Source: Nageia nagi
Taxonomy: Eukaryota > Plantae > Pinophyta
Reading direction: 5' to 3'
Assembly (NCBI GenBank): GCA_050084985.1
Contig: JBITNC010000001.1
Location: 79,236,001 to 79,300,000 of the forward strand
Length of the DNA: 64,000 bases
Both the position numbers and the translations under genes were made by a program. Each line of letters begins with the position of its first letter. Within the stretch, counting starts at the first letter, position 1. The notes under the pieces were generated by a model. The model was not told the DNA's origin. It saw only the letters and a program-made list of their open reading frames with translations, and did not search any database. Below, piece by piece: positions 52,501 through 63,450 of this stretch.

Positions 52501-55500
52501 TTTGGAAATAATTCTCAAAATGCCTATAATGTAGAAGCATGATGCATGATCATTTAAATTTATGGATTTGTGAATTCCTTTCTATATTCTTGCATTTGCT
52601 AACGAATTAACATAGATTTGCATGGCCACTTGGATGTTAATTAGGGAAAGAATTATATTATGTGTTAAGATCCGTGTAGGAGAATTACGCTAACCCTAAA
52701 AATGATATCACTATTTAACTCCTCTCCATTACAATTGAATATTGAAAAGGTAAAAGCATGGAACAATTGTGATAAAAGAAAGGATATGGTCCCTCAATGT
52801 GTAAAGGAATGTTACACTATTAAAACTATGATTCTTGTAAATAAGAACAATGTTGTAATTATTAACATGATGCATTTACATTGGAGGTAACATTATATAA
52901 CTCAAAATACAAGATATCCCTAACAATAGGTAATCTTCTCCTCTAAGTATCGAAGGGAGATGGTTTTGAAGAAAGGAAAAGGTTATCCAAGACGCAATTA
53001 ATGCTTTCCAAGAGGAAGGGTAAGTGTCAATCAATTCCAAGTCGAGGTACCTCAAGGAGCACCTAACAAACCCATGGGATAGGATGGCATCACGAATCAT
53101 CAAATACTTCACACTCGACAGAAGGTATACAACTATCTTTGGCCCTCACATTTTGCTTTTTAATCATTTTAGGAGGGATGGGATATGGAGGATCAATTTC
53201 CCCTTGTTTTTGTTAGATTCTTTAAGAAAAATGATCAAAATGGTGAAAAGGAGCAAACTAGACGCTCCCCAACACCAAGGATTAATCACAACTATGTATC
53301 GGGTCGTAGCCAACACCCACCCAAAAGTTGGCTCTAGTGGTAACCAAAGAAGAGTAGAGACAACTAGCAAAGAGTAGGAGTTTTGAAGGAAGAAACCCCC
53401 AAAAGCAAGAGTAAGATGGACATAAATGGAAGCAAGCAAAGGATAGAGTTGAACATCAGATGAGAAGGGTCACTACCAAGGAGAGAGGGAAGGTGTCGAC
53501 ACAAGAGTTGAAACCATCAAGCCGACAATCCACATCAGGTCCCCCCCTCCTTTGAGGTGGTGAAGAAACCCAATCCCAAGAAGGGCAAGGCTGAAAAGAA
53601 GGGGAATAACAAGGCTGAAAAGAAGGGGAATAAAAAGTTTGGAAAGGCCCATCCAAAGTGGGCAAGGCCCAAGAGGAAACTCAACTAGAGGATGCACTAA
53701 TCCCCACCAATAAAGATACTCTTGAACCCCCAATGGACCCCCAAATCTTGGGGCCAAATGTCATTTTCCTCTGCCCTTGGTACAACGAAGATGGTAAGGA
53801 ACCAAGACAAAATGTAGCCTAAATGCACATTTAGGAAAAGGCCCTTGTCCCTGACATTTAGCCTCGAAAGAAGTCAAGTGGGAAAAAGAGGGATGCAACC
53901 ATGAACAAGAAGAAGAAGATGGATTCCCAGAAGGTCATCGAAATCCTCTCCAACATGAAAGAAGCTAAACTACAACAAAACGCTATAGAAGACTAGAGAT
54001 GTAGGGGCTAGGCCCATGTAGGTGTTAGTAGTATAGATCCATTTTTGGCAATAATATCGATAGGGTTTCATTAATGTTCTTTTAAGATGTTGCTAGACCA
54101 CCTTATGATGTATGACAGGATAGCCATTATATATATGGAACATGATCTATCTAATACTTATGCACATATCTTTTGTAACAAGTTTTAGGGACCCTATCAT
54201 ATCCCGCCCACGTTTTTTGATAAATATTTACCCTTTATCAAAAAAAAAGTGCAAGTATCAATGGTAGGCCCATACAAGGTGTTCTATGTATATGTTTGCT
54301 CTACTAGCTATACATATAAGTTATAACATAATTTTCTTTCTTGTTAAATCCAAAGAAATGCATACAAGAAATATTCGTTGAAGTTTGAAGTAATTCAATC
54401 AAAACAAAGATAGGTAATGAATAATGTCACAATTGAACTTTTGAAGCTTATATAGTTGAAAACGATGTTTAACGAGATTCAAATGCTCATTACAATGCAT
54501 ACATAAATACGATGAGATATCAATCTTCTGTAATAATTGATAATTGACATCATTATCATATGTCATCATTTCATAAATGTCATTTGTAATTTACAAATTA
54601 GCCTAGTCATCAGATAAGTCAATTGAACACTTCTTGCTTAATTATACTAGCCTTGTCATTTGATGATTTAACAAACTTTTACTTCTTGCTTAATTATACT
54701 AGCCTCATCATATGCTGATTTAACAAACTTTTAGATTTCAGCGTCAAATGATGATTTATTAGATTGAACATCAAAATCAAAGATATCAATGAAACTTCAT
54801 CACTATAACTAAAATTTTTTACTTTCACCAAATCATTTAATTTTGATTATCAGCAATCAAAAATCAATTATTTTTAAGGCCACATAATTTCTTCATCTTT
54901 TGGGATTGATGTTTAACTAGTTTTTTTTTGGGATTGATGTTTACCCAATCTGTTGTAAACAAAAGACATATAAGGCTAACCACTCAATTTAGTATTTACA
55001 TTTTCTATCTCAGTATCACATTTAATCACTCGCTTGTTAGTTGTGACGTCCCCCTTTGAGTATTGTAATTAATTCTGGAATCTAACGGATTCCCTCTTGT
55101 ACATATTTAATTATTTAATTATGCTTTATTAATTGGTACTCGGGATAGAAGACTTAATGGGTTGTTGGACCCCACTATGAGCCCCAACTTGGAGATCCCG
55201 AAACATGAGTGTGGGAATCCCAAGGTCTATTTAGCACTTAAAGCACGGATGATCACTTAATGGCCCCAACGTTGAGATTGGGAGCATTTGTACACATACG
55301 CCAGCCTTGGGGAGACTTCTAGACCCCCACAATGGCCAATGTCACCCACGCATGCCCACTAGATGCCCACGATGCCCACTTGACCCACGCATGCCTTCCT
55401 ATGCCCACGTTGACCTTGAGGACCCACATGGAGCATAAGGGAGGCCCAAATAACCACGTTGGGACCGGAATGACTCCTAGGTGCCATCTTTGGGTTTCTG

Positions 55501-58500
55501 GGGACTGGGTGATGACATTGAGGTGAGATCCAAATCTAGGAAAGCTATATTAACCATTGAAGCATCATTGCTAGATATACAGATATTGATTATTACACAT
55601 ACTGTCCAAAAGACAGAAGTCTTGGTGGAACGTCAAACAACATCCCTAGGTGCAGAGAGGGTTAACAAGTTGAAGGATCCTATTGATCTACGGCTTTGGT
55701 GTAGCACCTTAGTCCATTCAGTGGCATTCCAAGGCACACTTCTACCATTTAGTTGGTCGCCAGTGTTTGGATAGAGCTCCTTTAGCGAAAAGGCTTCATA
55801 TTCTGAGGGCGTGAGGCTGTCCCATTCAATATTCCATCTGTCCAACATTGAGGATATTCGTTGTGCCCTAGTTGGCTCCTTGAAGGCCAATGTTGAGCCC
55901 CGTGGATCTGGTATTGTATCTTTGTTCATTTTGCATCATTAATACAGGTCGTGGTCAATTGGATCTCGTTGTGTTGTGTATACTTGTGTATTAACATCAT
56001 TAGATTACTTTTGCATGTATATAATTGTATGTGCCATAAGTTGGCATTATGAGGCATTGCATACTTATATCTGCTAGTCTTGGCCAGACGTTGGCATTAT
56101 TGCATTGTTCGAGCTTCATCTGGATGCCCTAGGTCAAACGTTGGAGTTTACTTGTGTGTTTTTTATTTAATTGCACTTGAATTGCATTTGGGATTCTACA
56201 CTGGTATCAGAGCTTAAATCTGGCCAACCTGTGAATGAAACCTGCCATTCACAACTACTACACCAGATCAAGCAACAAAAAAGTGATGGCTTCTGCAAAG
56301 AAGAGCGAAAAGTCACAACATGAAGAGACCCCTTCTAAAGCCGCCCAAGAGGAGGATCACCAACCATGGATGAATGAAGTCACTGATGAGAACAATTTTG
56401 GTGAGGAGAATGAAGCGACAAGAGGCAGAACCACATCGGCTAGGAGGAGAAGCCCTACTCTAGTTAGAGAGTCCACACTGGAAAAAAGGTTCAATAAGCT
56501 CATTTTGGCCATCCACCACATGATAGGAGCTATCACCACCATGCAGAAACAGTTAACCACCGTCCACAAACACATTGGAGGTCAAGAGATGCCAAAAAGG
56601 CATGGAGCCCCCCACATCCTATCAAGATGAAGAAGAGCAGCCACGGGAGGAGGATAGGGAAGATAGAGAACCGAGGAGATTCCACAATTTGAGGGATAGA
56701 GGATCCACTCATCATGGATCCATGGGTTGACGAGAACCCACATCTTTGAAATCTCAATCTCATAGACCTCTACAGGGAACTAACCCTCTCCTAAGGAGGT
56801 TCCTAGATGAGGACAGTTGGGAAGATAGGGGAGCAACCCATTATCCCCAAACCGTCCAAACCCATGTTTTCCAAGAAGTCCATAGATGAAGCAAAGAATC
56901 GGATCCCTGAACTTTTGGAGATGAACCAAATTTTCAGAGAGTATTCCATGTTGGATGCAAGCTTGAGGAGGTACATGAACTTCAACGACTACCTGGAGGT
57001 TTTAGGGCTGAAAGGAGTTAGCTCCCATAGCACACATTTCCAAAGCAACTCGTGGGAAGACAAGACGGATCTACAACAGAATATCAACAAAATGCAAGTC
57101 CCCCTTTATGACGGCAAGAAGATGATAGCTAGGGCTTGGCTGCATCAATTGCAAACTTGCTTTACCTTGAGTCCAAGCATGGTAGAGGAGGATGCAATTC
57201 ATTTTGCATCATTGCACTTTGAGGGTGATGCCCTCGAATGGTGGCAGCATGGATTAATCAACAGGATTACTCAAATATCACCTCTTTTGATAAGTTTGCC
57301 AAGAGGTTGGTAAAGAGGTTCGAACAAAAAAGGGAGAATAATTACTTCAAAGAATCGACATCTCTAAAACAGCAAGGAGCAATAGATGAATATGTGTCCG
57401 AGTTTCAAAAGGTTGCAATGATGATCCACAACATTCTGGAGAAGCAGTTGACATTCCTTTTCATAGAAGGATTGATGGATCCCTTGCAGAGGATGCTTAA
57501 GGTATCCACACCAAGGAGCCTTGATGATGCTATTAGGGTTGCATACAATTTGGAGCCAGCCATGAAATCCCTCAAGGGAGGACATACGTACAAAGGGTCG
57601 ACCACTTAGAAAACATTTGCAAAGAAGGAGGGGCCTAGCAGGTCTAAAACCTTTCCCCCACCTCGGTCAAACCAATTGGATGCAACCACTCGAAGCAAGT
57701 TAAGAGAAGAGGGGAAGTGCTTCTAGCACAAGAAGACGTGGGAGTCAGGGCATCGTTGCCAAGGCAAAAGGCAAGTGCATGACACAGGTGTTTTTGGATA
57801 AGGAGACGGATGATTCAAACTTGGACCTTGGTATGAACATGCGGGACCAGGAAGCACCTAAGGCAGAAAGCTCATTGGGAAGCATGATTGCTTCGCTCCA
57901 TGGGGTGAAGAAGTAACTCACATTGAAGGTAGTGGGGCAAGCAAGTGGTCAAGATGTGATAGTCCTAATTGATCCTGGAGCATCTCACAACTTCCTTGAT
58001 GAGGGTTTTGTCGAGAATAAGGACCTCAAGACCAAGGGGTTTGAGGGTTTCAGAGTTTCCAACGCCACTGGGAAGCTCACTCTGGTGGACCAAATCATGG
58101 AAAGATTTGGTGTCAGATTGCAGAGTTATACGGTGAAAAAATATTTCTATGTCTATCCTCTGAAGGGACATCCTCACATCATTCTAGGCATGCAATGGTT
58201 GTTTGAGTTGGGTGGCATTCACACCAACTACCAGAAGCTCACCATGAGCTTCAAGATTGATGGTAAGACCCACACATTGCAAGGAGTTTGGGATGATTGC
58301 CAAAGGTCACCAACAAAAGATTGGAGATGATTGAGTGGTGCCAGAAGAATGAAGAGAAAGAAAAGGAGCTCATGTTGCACACTGGGAAGCCTTGGCATGT
58401 CCAAAAAAAAACAGGAAATCCAAATGATGAAATGATCTATGTCCAAAAAAAAACAGGAAGAAAAATGAGAATCAGGAGTTTTGTCTAAGAGGAAAAGAAA

Positions 58501-59739
58501 ACATAGTATGAACCAAGGGTTTCATGGGAGAGAGGGGAAGGTGCCTACATAAGGGACTTGCAATATAGGATCTGAAGGGGTAAATGGAGAATGGAAAAGG
58601 AGAAAAAAATAAAATCTAACAAGAAAATATAGGAAAATTACAAAAAGCAATAACAAGTAGAGAAAAAGGCGAAGGGAAGTGGCTTGCACGGACACAGAGA
58701 TGATGCAGCAGATCATGCTGAAGAAAGACCGTGAACCCACAATCAACTCAAGAAAGAAAGAAATTCCCTGTAACACTTTTTCCAGAACATGTCTCTACAA
58801 GAAAATAAGTAAAATATGATGCTATTATATATCTAATTCACATGCAGGAGACCCAATTTATATTTTCAGTACAGGGCTATGGAATAGTTCACGTGTGGCA
58901 CATAATTCTGTGGAAGCTATTGATCAAGAGGATCAGATTGGTAATTTGTAGCTTAAGAGTGTTCCTGTGTTTGGGTCTTATTGCAAAAGATTTAAATAGA
59001 CAGTGGATACCATTATATGAGATTGATGAGAAAAAAATCTGTAATAACAATTCACATATTATACATGGAAGTTTGCTCAAGCAGTGTTCCTTCCTCAAAC
59101 AGTATTTTGTGATTCTACCTTGATGGTTTTACATTATTCTACACACATCTCTTGTTGAATGCATGTTAGGTGATATTTCTGATCTATTGATACAATGTTC
59201 TATTTATGTTTCTAGTGGTTCATAACAAATTATATATACAAACATAAGCTTAAACAAGACACAATTATTTAGAAATAGCTGATTAGTCATACACACACAT
59301 ATATATAGGAGTATTGAGAGCCACACCTTACAAGGTATCCTATGTAAACTAATGACATTATATGTATATGATTTAAAATTTTGCCTTTTCATGATACTAC
59401 GCCTTATGGTCTAGAAAGTGAAATAGGGCTTAACAGGTACGTAAATGGCCAATGGTGTAACAAGGAAAGAATATGGCCCAAAAACTTTGAAAGAAATCAA
59501 GATTGGGAAAGCAGATAAGTCTCATAATACATTTTTTGTGAATCATGTTAGTATATTTTCTCAATAAATTAATATTATCATATTGATATTCTCATAATTC
59601 ATTTTTGAAGATAAGGTTAGAAAAGATTCTCAATCAATTAATACTATTACATTCAATAGTAATAGCATACCTTGGATGTCTTGCGCACGTCTCCGAAGCA
59701 CATGCTATTGCATTCAACCTTCCACACCATGCAACCGCA
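12962..59739 (-). CDS. MED16: Mediator of RNA polymerase II transcription subunit 16 (MED16/SFR6), partial multi-exon gene (6 exons seen; first and later exons not found in the window); possibly pseudogenising
   Basis: Spliced translation SAVAWCGRLNAIACASETCARHPS|SNVQLPFWIPIHIVDPERPTEHTVFNVTA|DSPCDFVQFIEWSP...WSQPTQ|GPANL...EHEWRQDLPVVTKWLSGMSP|YRW...FEEKYL...|ACWPNFLCVCSVFSSGSVQ...GAGPSGIM...WEVTPG...CSPVSNFSAYVSPE is colinear with the plant SFR6/MED16 N-terminus as I recall it. All five junctions are GT-AG and phase-compatible. Confidence 0.95.
14689..14779 (-). CDS. MED16: MED16 exon (YRWINTSSTASLSSKSSFEEKYLSHQHQTS)
   Basis: Acceptor ctttcag|TATCGTTGG, donor TCAG|gtagaa. Confidence 0.93.
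16430..17160 (-). mobile_element. Possible LINE-type 3' fragment
   Basis: GC shift and LINE-like composition between AT-rich intron sequence and a chromovirus fragment; no diagnostic motif found. Confidence 0.25.
17190..18358 (+). mobile_element. Chromovirus (Gypsy) 3' remnant: integrase C-terminus/chromodomain, PPT and 3' LTR 17563-18358
   Basis: ELPHSSKLHVFHVSCLKKAL...EHLVKWKDLP*EDAT*EG; PPT AAGAGGAGAGG followed by TGTAA...TTACA. Confidence 0.88.
18425..18660. repeat. Two-copy ~120-bp tandem duplication just inside the intron after exon 18685-18786
   Basis: GTGCTTTATGATTTTTTACATC...CTTATCACATTG occurs at about 18425 and 18545 with few mismatches. Confidence 0.9.
18685..18786 (-). CDS. MED16: MED16 exon (GPANLARAVNRWYCEHEWRQDLPVVTKWLSGMSP)
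   Basis: Acceptor atgccag|GGCCCA, donor TCTCCG|gtatat. Confidence 0.95.
19187..19299 (-). CDS. MED16: MED16 exon (DSPCDFVQFIEWSPISCPCALLVANYKGRVNIWSQPTQ)
   Basis: Acceptor ttccttgcag|ATTCTCCC, donor ACTCAG|gtaaat. Confidence 0.95.
19683..19860. repeat. Two-copy ~88-bp tandem duplication
   Basis: ACTGCAAATTTGTTTAATAG...GAAATACAAT at 19683 and 19771. Confidence 0.9.
21063..21555 (-). mobile_element. hAT-like terminal fragment
   Basis: CAAAGTTGAAACTCGG followed by repeated ACTCGG subterminal motifs; acidic tail codons on the minus strand at about 21430-21550. Confidence 0.45.
22755..23615 (-). CDS. Uninterrupted 286-aa hydrophobic ORF of unknown function directly downstream of a Gypsy gag-protease
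   Basis: Open frame with strong G-at-first-position codon bias; not RT-like. Confidence 0.45.
   Translation of the reverse strand: MPRQKKRHTMMGAVWMGKPFLALRMERLAFRDPWSSLARSFATSEGGREVWRDLKKAVSAMEEDALALDILKRDVDPLFNIWRERMSLRGPWKSVANLTHKFPSLEGGYLAWEGYVMISDFVFSWNNSCTMGNAWGMASDIGIGIDMLRAWGILLGVRMSIAITRGRDAAFIGTVVLVWEVAKGVMKATIIPFADNKSIAAVYTMRTAPFISFGAAFEGVLTIVGEGTIIAFPSDNLKAVFHLLWAACDEEGIAVHDEEERDFAWIIVGFQGTVLLIAVDTLLRAV
23620..25866 (-). mobile_element. Gypsy remnant: 5' LTR 25082-25866, tRNA-iMet PBS, degenerate gag and protease, no RT
   Basis: LTR TGTAATG...CATCACA; PBS TGGTATCAAAGC (25069-25080); CFTCKKTWECGHRC; VLIDPRATHNFI. Confidence 0.88.
25880..26400 (-). mobile_element. Copia gag N-terminal fragment
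   Basis: LIGKENYPKWFRKIKHTLIFNDFWECI...KAYALIAASVSEEV...AWNALRKLKDLY. Confidence 0.75.
26800..28200 (-). mobile_element. Old Tat-like Gypsy RT/RNase H fragment (probably the same element as the gag remnant at 48660-49400)
   Basis: RKFISNFSHIEKSMTKLLKKGVPFVWT..EAFEKIK and IIYQDDMT (YxDD) on the minus strand; the sequence is heavily frameshifted. Confidence 0.75.
28202..28480 (-). mobile_element. tRNA-derived SINE
   Basis: On the minus strand: A-box-like TGGCAAAGTGA, B-box AGTTCGAATCC (about 28419-28429), ~270 bp, ending ATAAATAAAAAAAAA. Confidence 0.7.
30049..33286 (-). pseudogene. Degenerate ~1,000-aa retrotransposon accessory ORF (globular N-terminal half, Pro/acidic linker, coiled-coil-like C-terminus)
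   Basis: Consecutive minus-strand ORFs 32632-33204, 32325-32597, 31807-32328 and 30049-31725 broken by a few stops/frameshifts; ATG at 33286 downstream of TATAAATA (about 33507-33514) and AAACCCTAG. Confidence 0.75.
33670..34510. repeat. Array of 6 ~45-bp palindromes, same family as 6-712
   Basis: Units at about 33670, 33889, 34052, 34241, 34353 and 34465, e.g. GCACATGCCTCAAAAAGTCAAGAATTTGTCTTTTGAGATCATGTGC. Confidence 0.88.
35460..35918 (+). CDS. Short accessory ORF (152 aa), homolog of 927..1361
   Basis: Clear amino-acid similarity to ORF 927..1361 at the same position in the element. Confidence 0.65.
   Translation: MVEMSSKTQGEEIKLKGALTIDEVPPKIKLTFDLAASMRILHEDPNQKVKDDSTETHHVRRFFFKVNSTLLTTRVFLNKAPKKSQDIKTQTLKTGIGEVKATGAKQNRDITKLAKELEESQRRTGSEEEIILHKPRRPMDGEGTTNGLMNAS
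36774..38622 (+). repeat. Tat 5' LTR (1.85 kb) with internal tandem repeats
   Basis: TG...GATCAACA; ACCCGAGAGTT-type repeats 36850-37230; ~78-bp units 37280-37530; TATAAATAG at 38111. Confidence 0.85.
38640..38658 (+). promoter_or_regulatory. Primer-binding site, tRNA-Arg-like (Tat/Ogre type)
   Basis: TGGCACACTCGATGGGACC is three transitions away from TGGCACGCCCGGTGGGACC (recalled Tat/Ogre PBS); it lies 17 bp after the LTR end. Confidence 0.7.
45210..47790 (+). pseudogene. Degenerate extra ORF 3' of integrase in the Tat element; homolog of 30049-33286
   Basis: ORFs 45210-45476, 45473-46276, 46307-46741, 46683-46943 and 47175-47609 in sequence; shared motifs are listed under findings. Confidence 0.75.
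47790..48318 (+). repeat. Truncated Tat 3' LTR
   Basis: Matches only 38098-38622 of the 5' LTR, from GGGGGAAGTTGTATAAATAG to TATCGATCAACA. Confidence 0.9.
48660..49400 (-). mobile_element. Old Tat-like gag remnant
   Basis: IKNLANKITYVERQN...EEYWCLLVC resembles the Tat gag C-terminus IRNLTNKLTLQERQN...EWCPSC at 39663-39989. Confidence 0.65.
50546..50634 (-). CDS. MED16: MED16 exon (SNVQLPFWIPIHIVDPERPTEHTVFNVTA)
   Basis: Acceptor tttttcag|CTCCAAT, donor GCAG|gtaaat; lies within ORF 50358..50645. Confidence 0.95.
51940..52880. repeat. Diverged ~500-bp tandem duplication
   Basis: TTATTAGCCAAAAACAATTGT...ATTTACA at about 51940-52370 is repeated at about 52443-52880. Confidence 0.9.
52881..54249 (+). 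mobile_element. 5'-truncated poly(A)-tailed retroelement fragment (LINE-like 3' end)
   Basis: Ends ...CCCTTTATCAAAAAAAAA at 54249; carries the coding remnant KYFTLDRRY...LFNHF...INFPLFLLDSLRKM...HQGLI. Confidence 0.5.
55042..58500 (+). mobile_element. Gypsy remnant: 5' LTR 55042-56200, tRNA-iMet PBS, degenerate gag and protease, truncated before RT; same family as 23620-25866
   Basis: TGTGACG...TTCTACA|C|TGGTATCAGAGC (56202-56213); FEGDALEWW, LKQQGAIDEYVSEF, VLIDPGASHNFL, IILGMQWL. Confidence 0.9.
59671..59739 (-). CDS. MED16: MED16 exon (SAVAWCGRLNAIACASETCARHP)
   Basis: Acceptor ttttatgcag|TGCGGTTGCATGGTGT, donor CATCCAAG|gtatgc; 69 bp, phase 2/2; the coding frame is not among the ORF-track translations. 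Confidence 0.93.
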
Positions 59740-60262
59740 CTGCATAAAAAACTCACAAAGACAAAATGACATCATAACTGAGAGGTTCAGATACAACATA
59801 AGCGCAAAAAAACTTAACCTGAGTCCATATTTCATTGTAATAATTCTCAACGTGCACCAAATGGTTTCCAATAACTTGTGTATTATTAAAATAATTAAAC
59901 ATGAAAGCATTAACCATTGAGAAAAATTCCTTGTAGTAAAATAAGAGCATTTTCAACCTGCTGTAATGTTGCAATTGACTCCAAAATGTAACTCAAAAAT
60001 GGAAGCCTCATTTGCTTACTTTTATATAAACATAATTGCAGTTCTGACAATGTTAAAAGAAAAGAAACAGATATCTTATGTCTTTTCAGTTTTTCAGAAA
60101 ATAAATTTACAGTATCAAGAAGATTTTAATGCCAATATAGTTATATAGCATATAAAACTGTCTTTAAAGTTATGCATACTCATTACATCTACCATATACT
60201 TCCTGATTAAGTCTGAATTTTGATTATTTACAAAAATATCCTCTTACAGAAAATGTAAACAT

Positions 60263-61030
60263 TAACGTTATCAGGGGGCGCATTCCCCCTTTTTTTCCTC
60301 GTTTCCCCGTCCCTCACGTCCTCGAGACTAGAAGATGTTTCACCGTCGTCCCTTTTTCAGGGCGTACGGAGAGTACATCCCCAGGACAATTTCCCAGGCC
60401 CTAGGGACGTTTCCCTTTAAATTTTTCAAATGGGGACCTTGCCAGCATTGGACTCTAAAAAAAGAAATCTCAACTTTTTTTTAAAATTTTTTTTATAAAC
60501 CTTAGGGGGATGGGTTGCACAAGGGTCTCCAATCCTAAAAACATGCCTTTGTATTCACATTGCAATCATTTTGTCATTTACACTTATTTGTCATTTTTGA
60601 CTTATTTGATATATTCATATCAAAGACTATGTTTTTGGGCCTTAGCATATTCAAACTTAATGGCATTATGATTATTGACTATGATTATTAGACTATATTT
60701 ATGGCTCATTCTGATTTATCATTTATGATTCAGATTTCTGATGTTCATTATATAATCATGTTACATGTTACTTGTTAGTATATTAGTAGTTACAAATTTT
60801 CATTTTCAAAGTATGTTACATATTTGAATTGGTCCCTGGATAAATCATGAATGTTATGATGAAGGAAACATTGAAACTACATCTAATATCTACTTTTCTT
60901 AAATCTGAAAATTCTGGGGATTTTTTAGTATATATATACTTGTATTCCCCCTCACGTTTCCTAAAATATGGTCGCCATCCCTGGGGACTCGTCCCCTCGT
61001 TTCCCCATCCCCACGTTTGTGACAACCTTC
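60263..61030. mobile_element. hAT-family MITE (768 bp)
   Basis: 8-bp TSD GTAAACAT at 60255-60262 and 61031-61038; imperfect TIR TAACGTTATCA / TGACAACCTTC; GTCCCC subterminal repeats at both ends. Confidence 0.8.
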
Positions 61031-61199
61031 GTAAACATTCTTTTAAGCAAAATAATGTAATTCATATAACATACAAATGGAGCAATATTAACACTAAAAG
61101 ATGAAATTACAAGGGATCAGTTTTCTAATTTGACACAACCACTAGGCAACTACATTTTTCTACTGATGGTAGGTACTTTCATAAAAAAATTGTTTTATT

Positions 61200-61980
61200 A
61201 GAATTTCTTTCTCACTTCTTACCAAGCAAGAAGAGCGATGACAAAACAACTCTGTTTTTGTGCAGAACCTGGTTTTAGAAAAACAATTCTTCAAAAAAAT
61301 AGGGAAACTATTCTATCTGAGAGGATGAGACATAACTGTCCAAGCAGAGAAAGGAAGAAAATATACTAAAGTCCGCAGATGACCAATATCGGTCAATTGG
61401 ACTAGGCAAAAGATCAAATCATGCAATAGCTAAGGGAAAAAGTTGAGCAAAGTCATCTCTCACAAAACACGTTGACGAGGTAGAATCAAAGAGTCCTAAA
61501 GAACAAAGAATCAGTTTGTTTATGAAGGAAACCATGAGCTCTTCTTTTGAGATAAAGGTACAAAATCATCAATCAGTCTCACCACTTGAAATAATGGCCA
61601 TAATATATGCACCGAACACTTGCCTAATAATATCCTTTGGAAGATAGCCTAGGGTAATGGGTACCTACCGGTGATCCATGACAAAATCAAAACATCATCA
61701 CACAATCTTGGGGCCACAGCCCTCCTACCAAAGGCTTAGGTACCCATAGCAGGGGCAAAGAAGGTGGTGATCTATATATGTGCAAGGGTCCTATGCTAGT
61801 GCTATAAAGTGAAGCAGGTAAAAGGATAATGCCAAGTAGATGTGTGAACATCAGTTTCTGACGCCAAGCACTTAGCTCTCCTGGCAGTCATTACTGGCAG
61901 GAAAAAGGAGACGATCAGAAATGCACTAGAGGTCAGACGATGAAATCCAACAAAGGGGAAATTACTCCATTTACCTTCTT
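61200..61980 (-). mobile_element. Possible degenerate LINE ORF2 endonuclease fragment
   Basis: Only weak remnants resembling VYAP, GDF and LPR..SDH motifs on the minus strand. Confidence 0.3.
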
Positions 61981-62987
61981 GTTTGTTTGATGCTGTAATT
62001 TAGTTGATTTCCCTAGAAAGACTTACAGCATTTTGATTTGGTTAAGAAGGGGTGCTGAAAAGGTCCCAACCCTTTTACAAAGTGATTAAGAAATCGAAAC
62101 ATGTCACCATCATGTAACATTAGAGATATATCACCATCATGTCAGGGGAGGAATTTGAACCTGGGATTCTCTTTACATCATTTTCTCCCACCTCGCCTAA
62201 CACTTCATGATAGGAAGATTTGTATCACAATGGAGCATCATTGAAGTAATAATCTAAAACGAACATGTGAATTTCAAAACCAACCATTTTCCCATGATTT
62301 ATATTATTGAAGACAATATTTTGTTGTATGAATGTACCTCAATAAGACCTGTCAGCATTTCAATATGATGCACAGTAATATATCGCATTGTAAGACAGAG
62401 GAATCAATAAAACACCTAAACCATATATATTTATTTCTTGTTTATTCTTAGAAACAAAAGAATACGATGTGAAGTGTTGGTTTTATTTGGTGACTTAAGT
62501 CATCCAATATCAGATGTAGTTTATGAGGAAAAACGCTGGATAGTTTAGCATCTCTCTTGGCTATAGTGTCTTACTCAAGCTGCAAGTCAGCTTTCTGCAT
62601 TGAAACAACAGTTTTAATAATATTATGTAAAAGCATAACAAAAAATAATTGTTCTTCAACTTTATTTCAGATTAATCTGATAAAAAGAGAAATGTTGAAA
62701 GTTTTACAATGACCAGAGCTCAATTCCATGCAGAAGTATGAGAGATCATAGGCAACATAACATAGCTGCATGCCAAATATAGGATACTACAAACACTTCT
62801 GTTAAAAAAATTAGTTTTCTGCTGTAGTTTCAAAATCTTCCATAGAAGACACTCTTTATTCGCAAACCAAAAAGCAGGCTAAACTATCCCAAACATAACC
62901 ATCTATGGCCATTATGTCTTGTTTATGGAAACTTTTGCAATCTGCTCTTTAATTTGCACCTTCACAACGTTTCATGACATCAATGCC

Positions 62988-63450
62988 AACACTGACACCA
63001 GTTTCAGATGTCTAGAGCCTTAAATTCTAGCTGGACCCAGATACACATTGAAGTACAAGATTTCATACTTATAGTTAAACAATATGCAATGGGAAAAAAG
63101 GAAAGGAAAGGAAAAACTATGTTTTCTGCAGCAATCAGGAAATTATAAATATGATCTTTTAAAAGAAAAGATATTCAAAAATTAAAATCTCCTCTAAATT
63201 TGTGATATCTAAAGTGTAATGCAGGTCATGTGTCTGCTCAAATATTTTCAACACCGATGTCAGTTTCAGATGTCTTGAGTTCAATCCTAGCAAGACCATA
63301 AGAAACATTGAACAAACTACAAGACTACACACTTATATTTAAATAATTTTAAATATGTCATGGGAAGAAAGGAAAACCTATGTTTTCTGCTACGGATGAC
63401 ATCTTTTAAAACAAAAAAATATTCAAAAACTTAAAATAATCCTTAAATTC
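62988..63450. repeat. Diverged ~260-bp tandem duplication
   Basis: CAGTTTCAGATGTCT...CTATGTTTTCTGC...ATATTCAAAAA occurs at about 62999 and 63261. Confidence 0.75.

Noticed and set aside
62140-62200. SINE B-box-like GAATTTGAACC
   Set aside because: Too short and degenerate to call.
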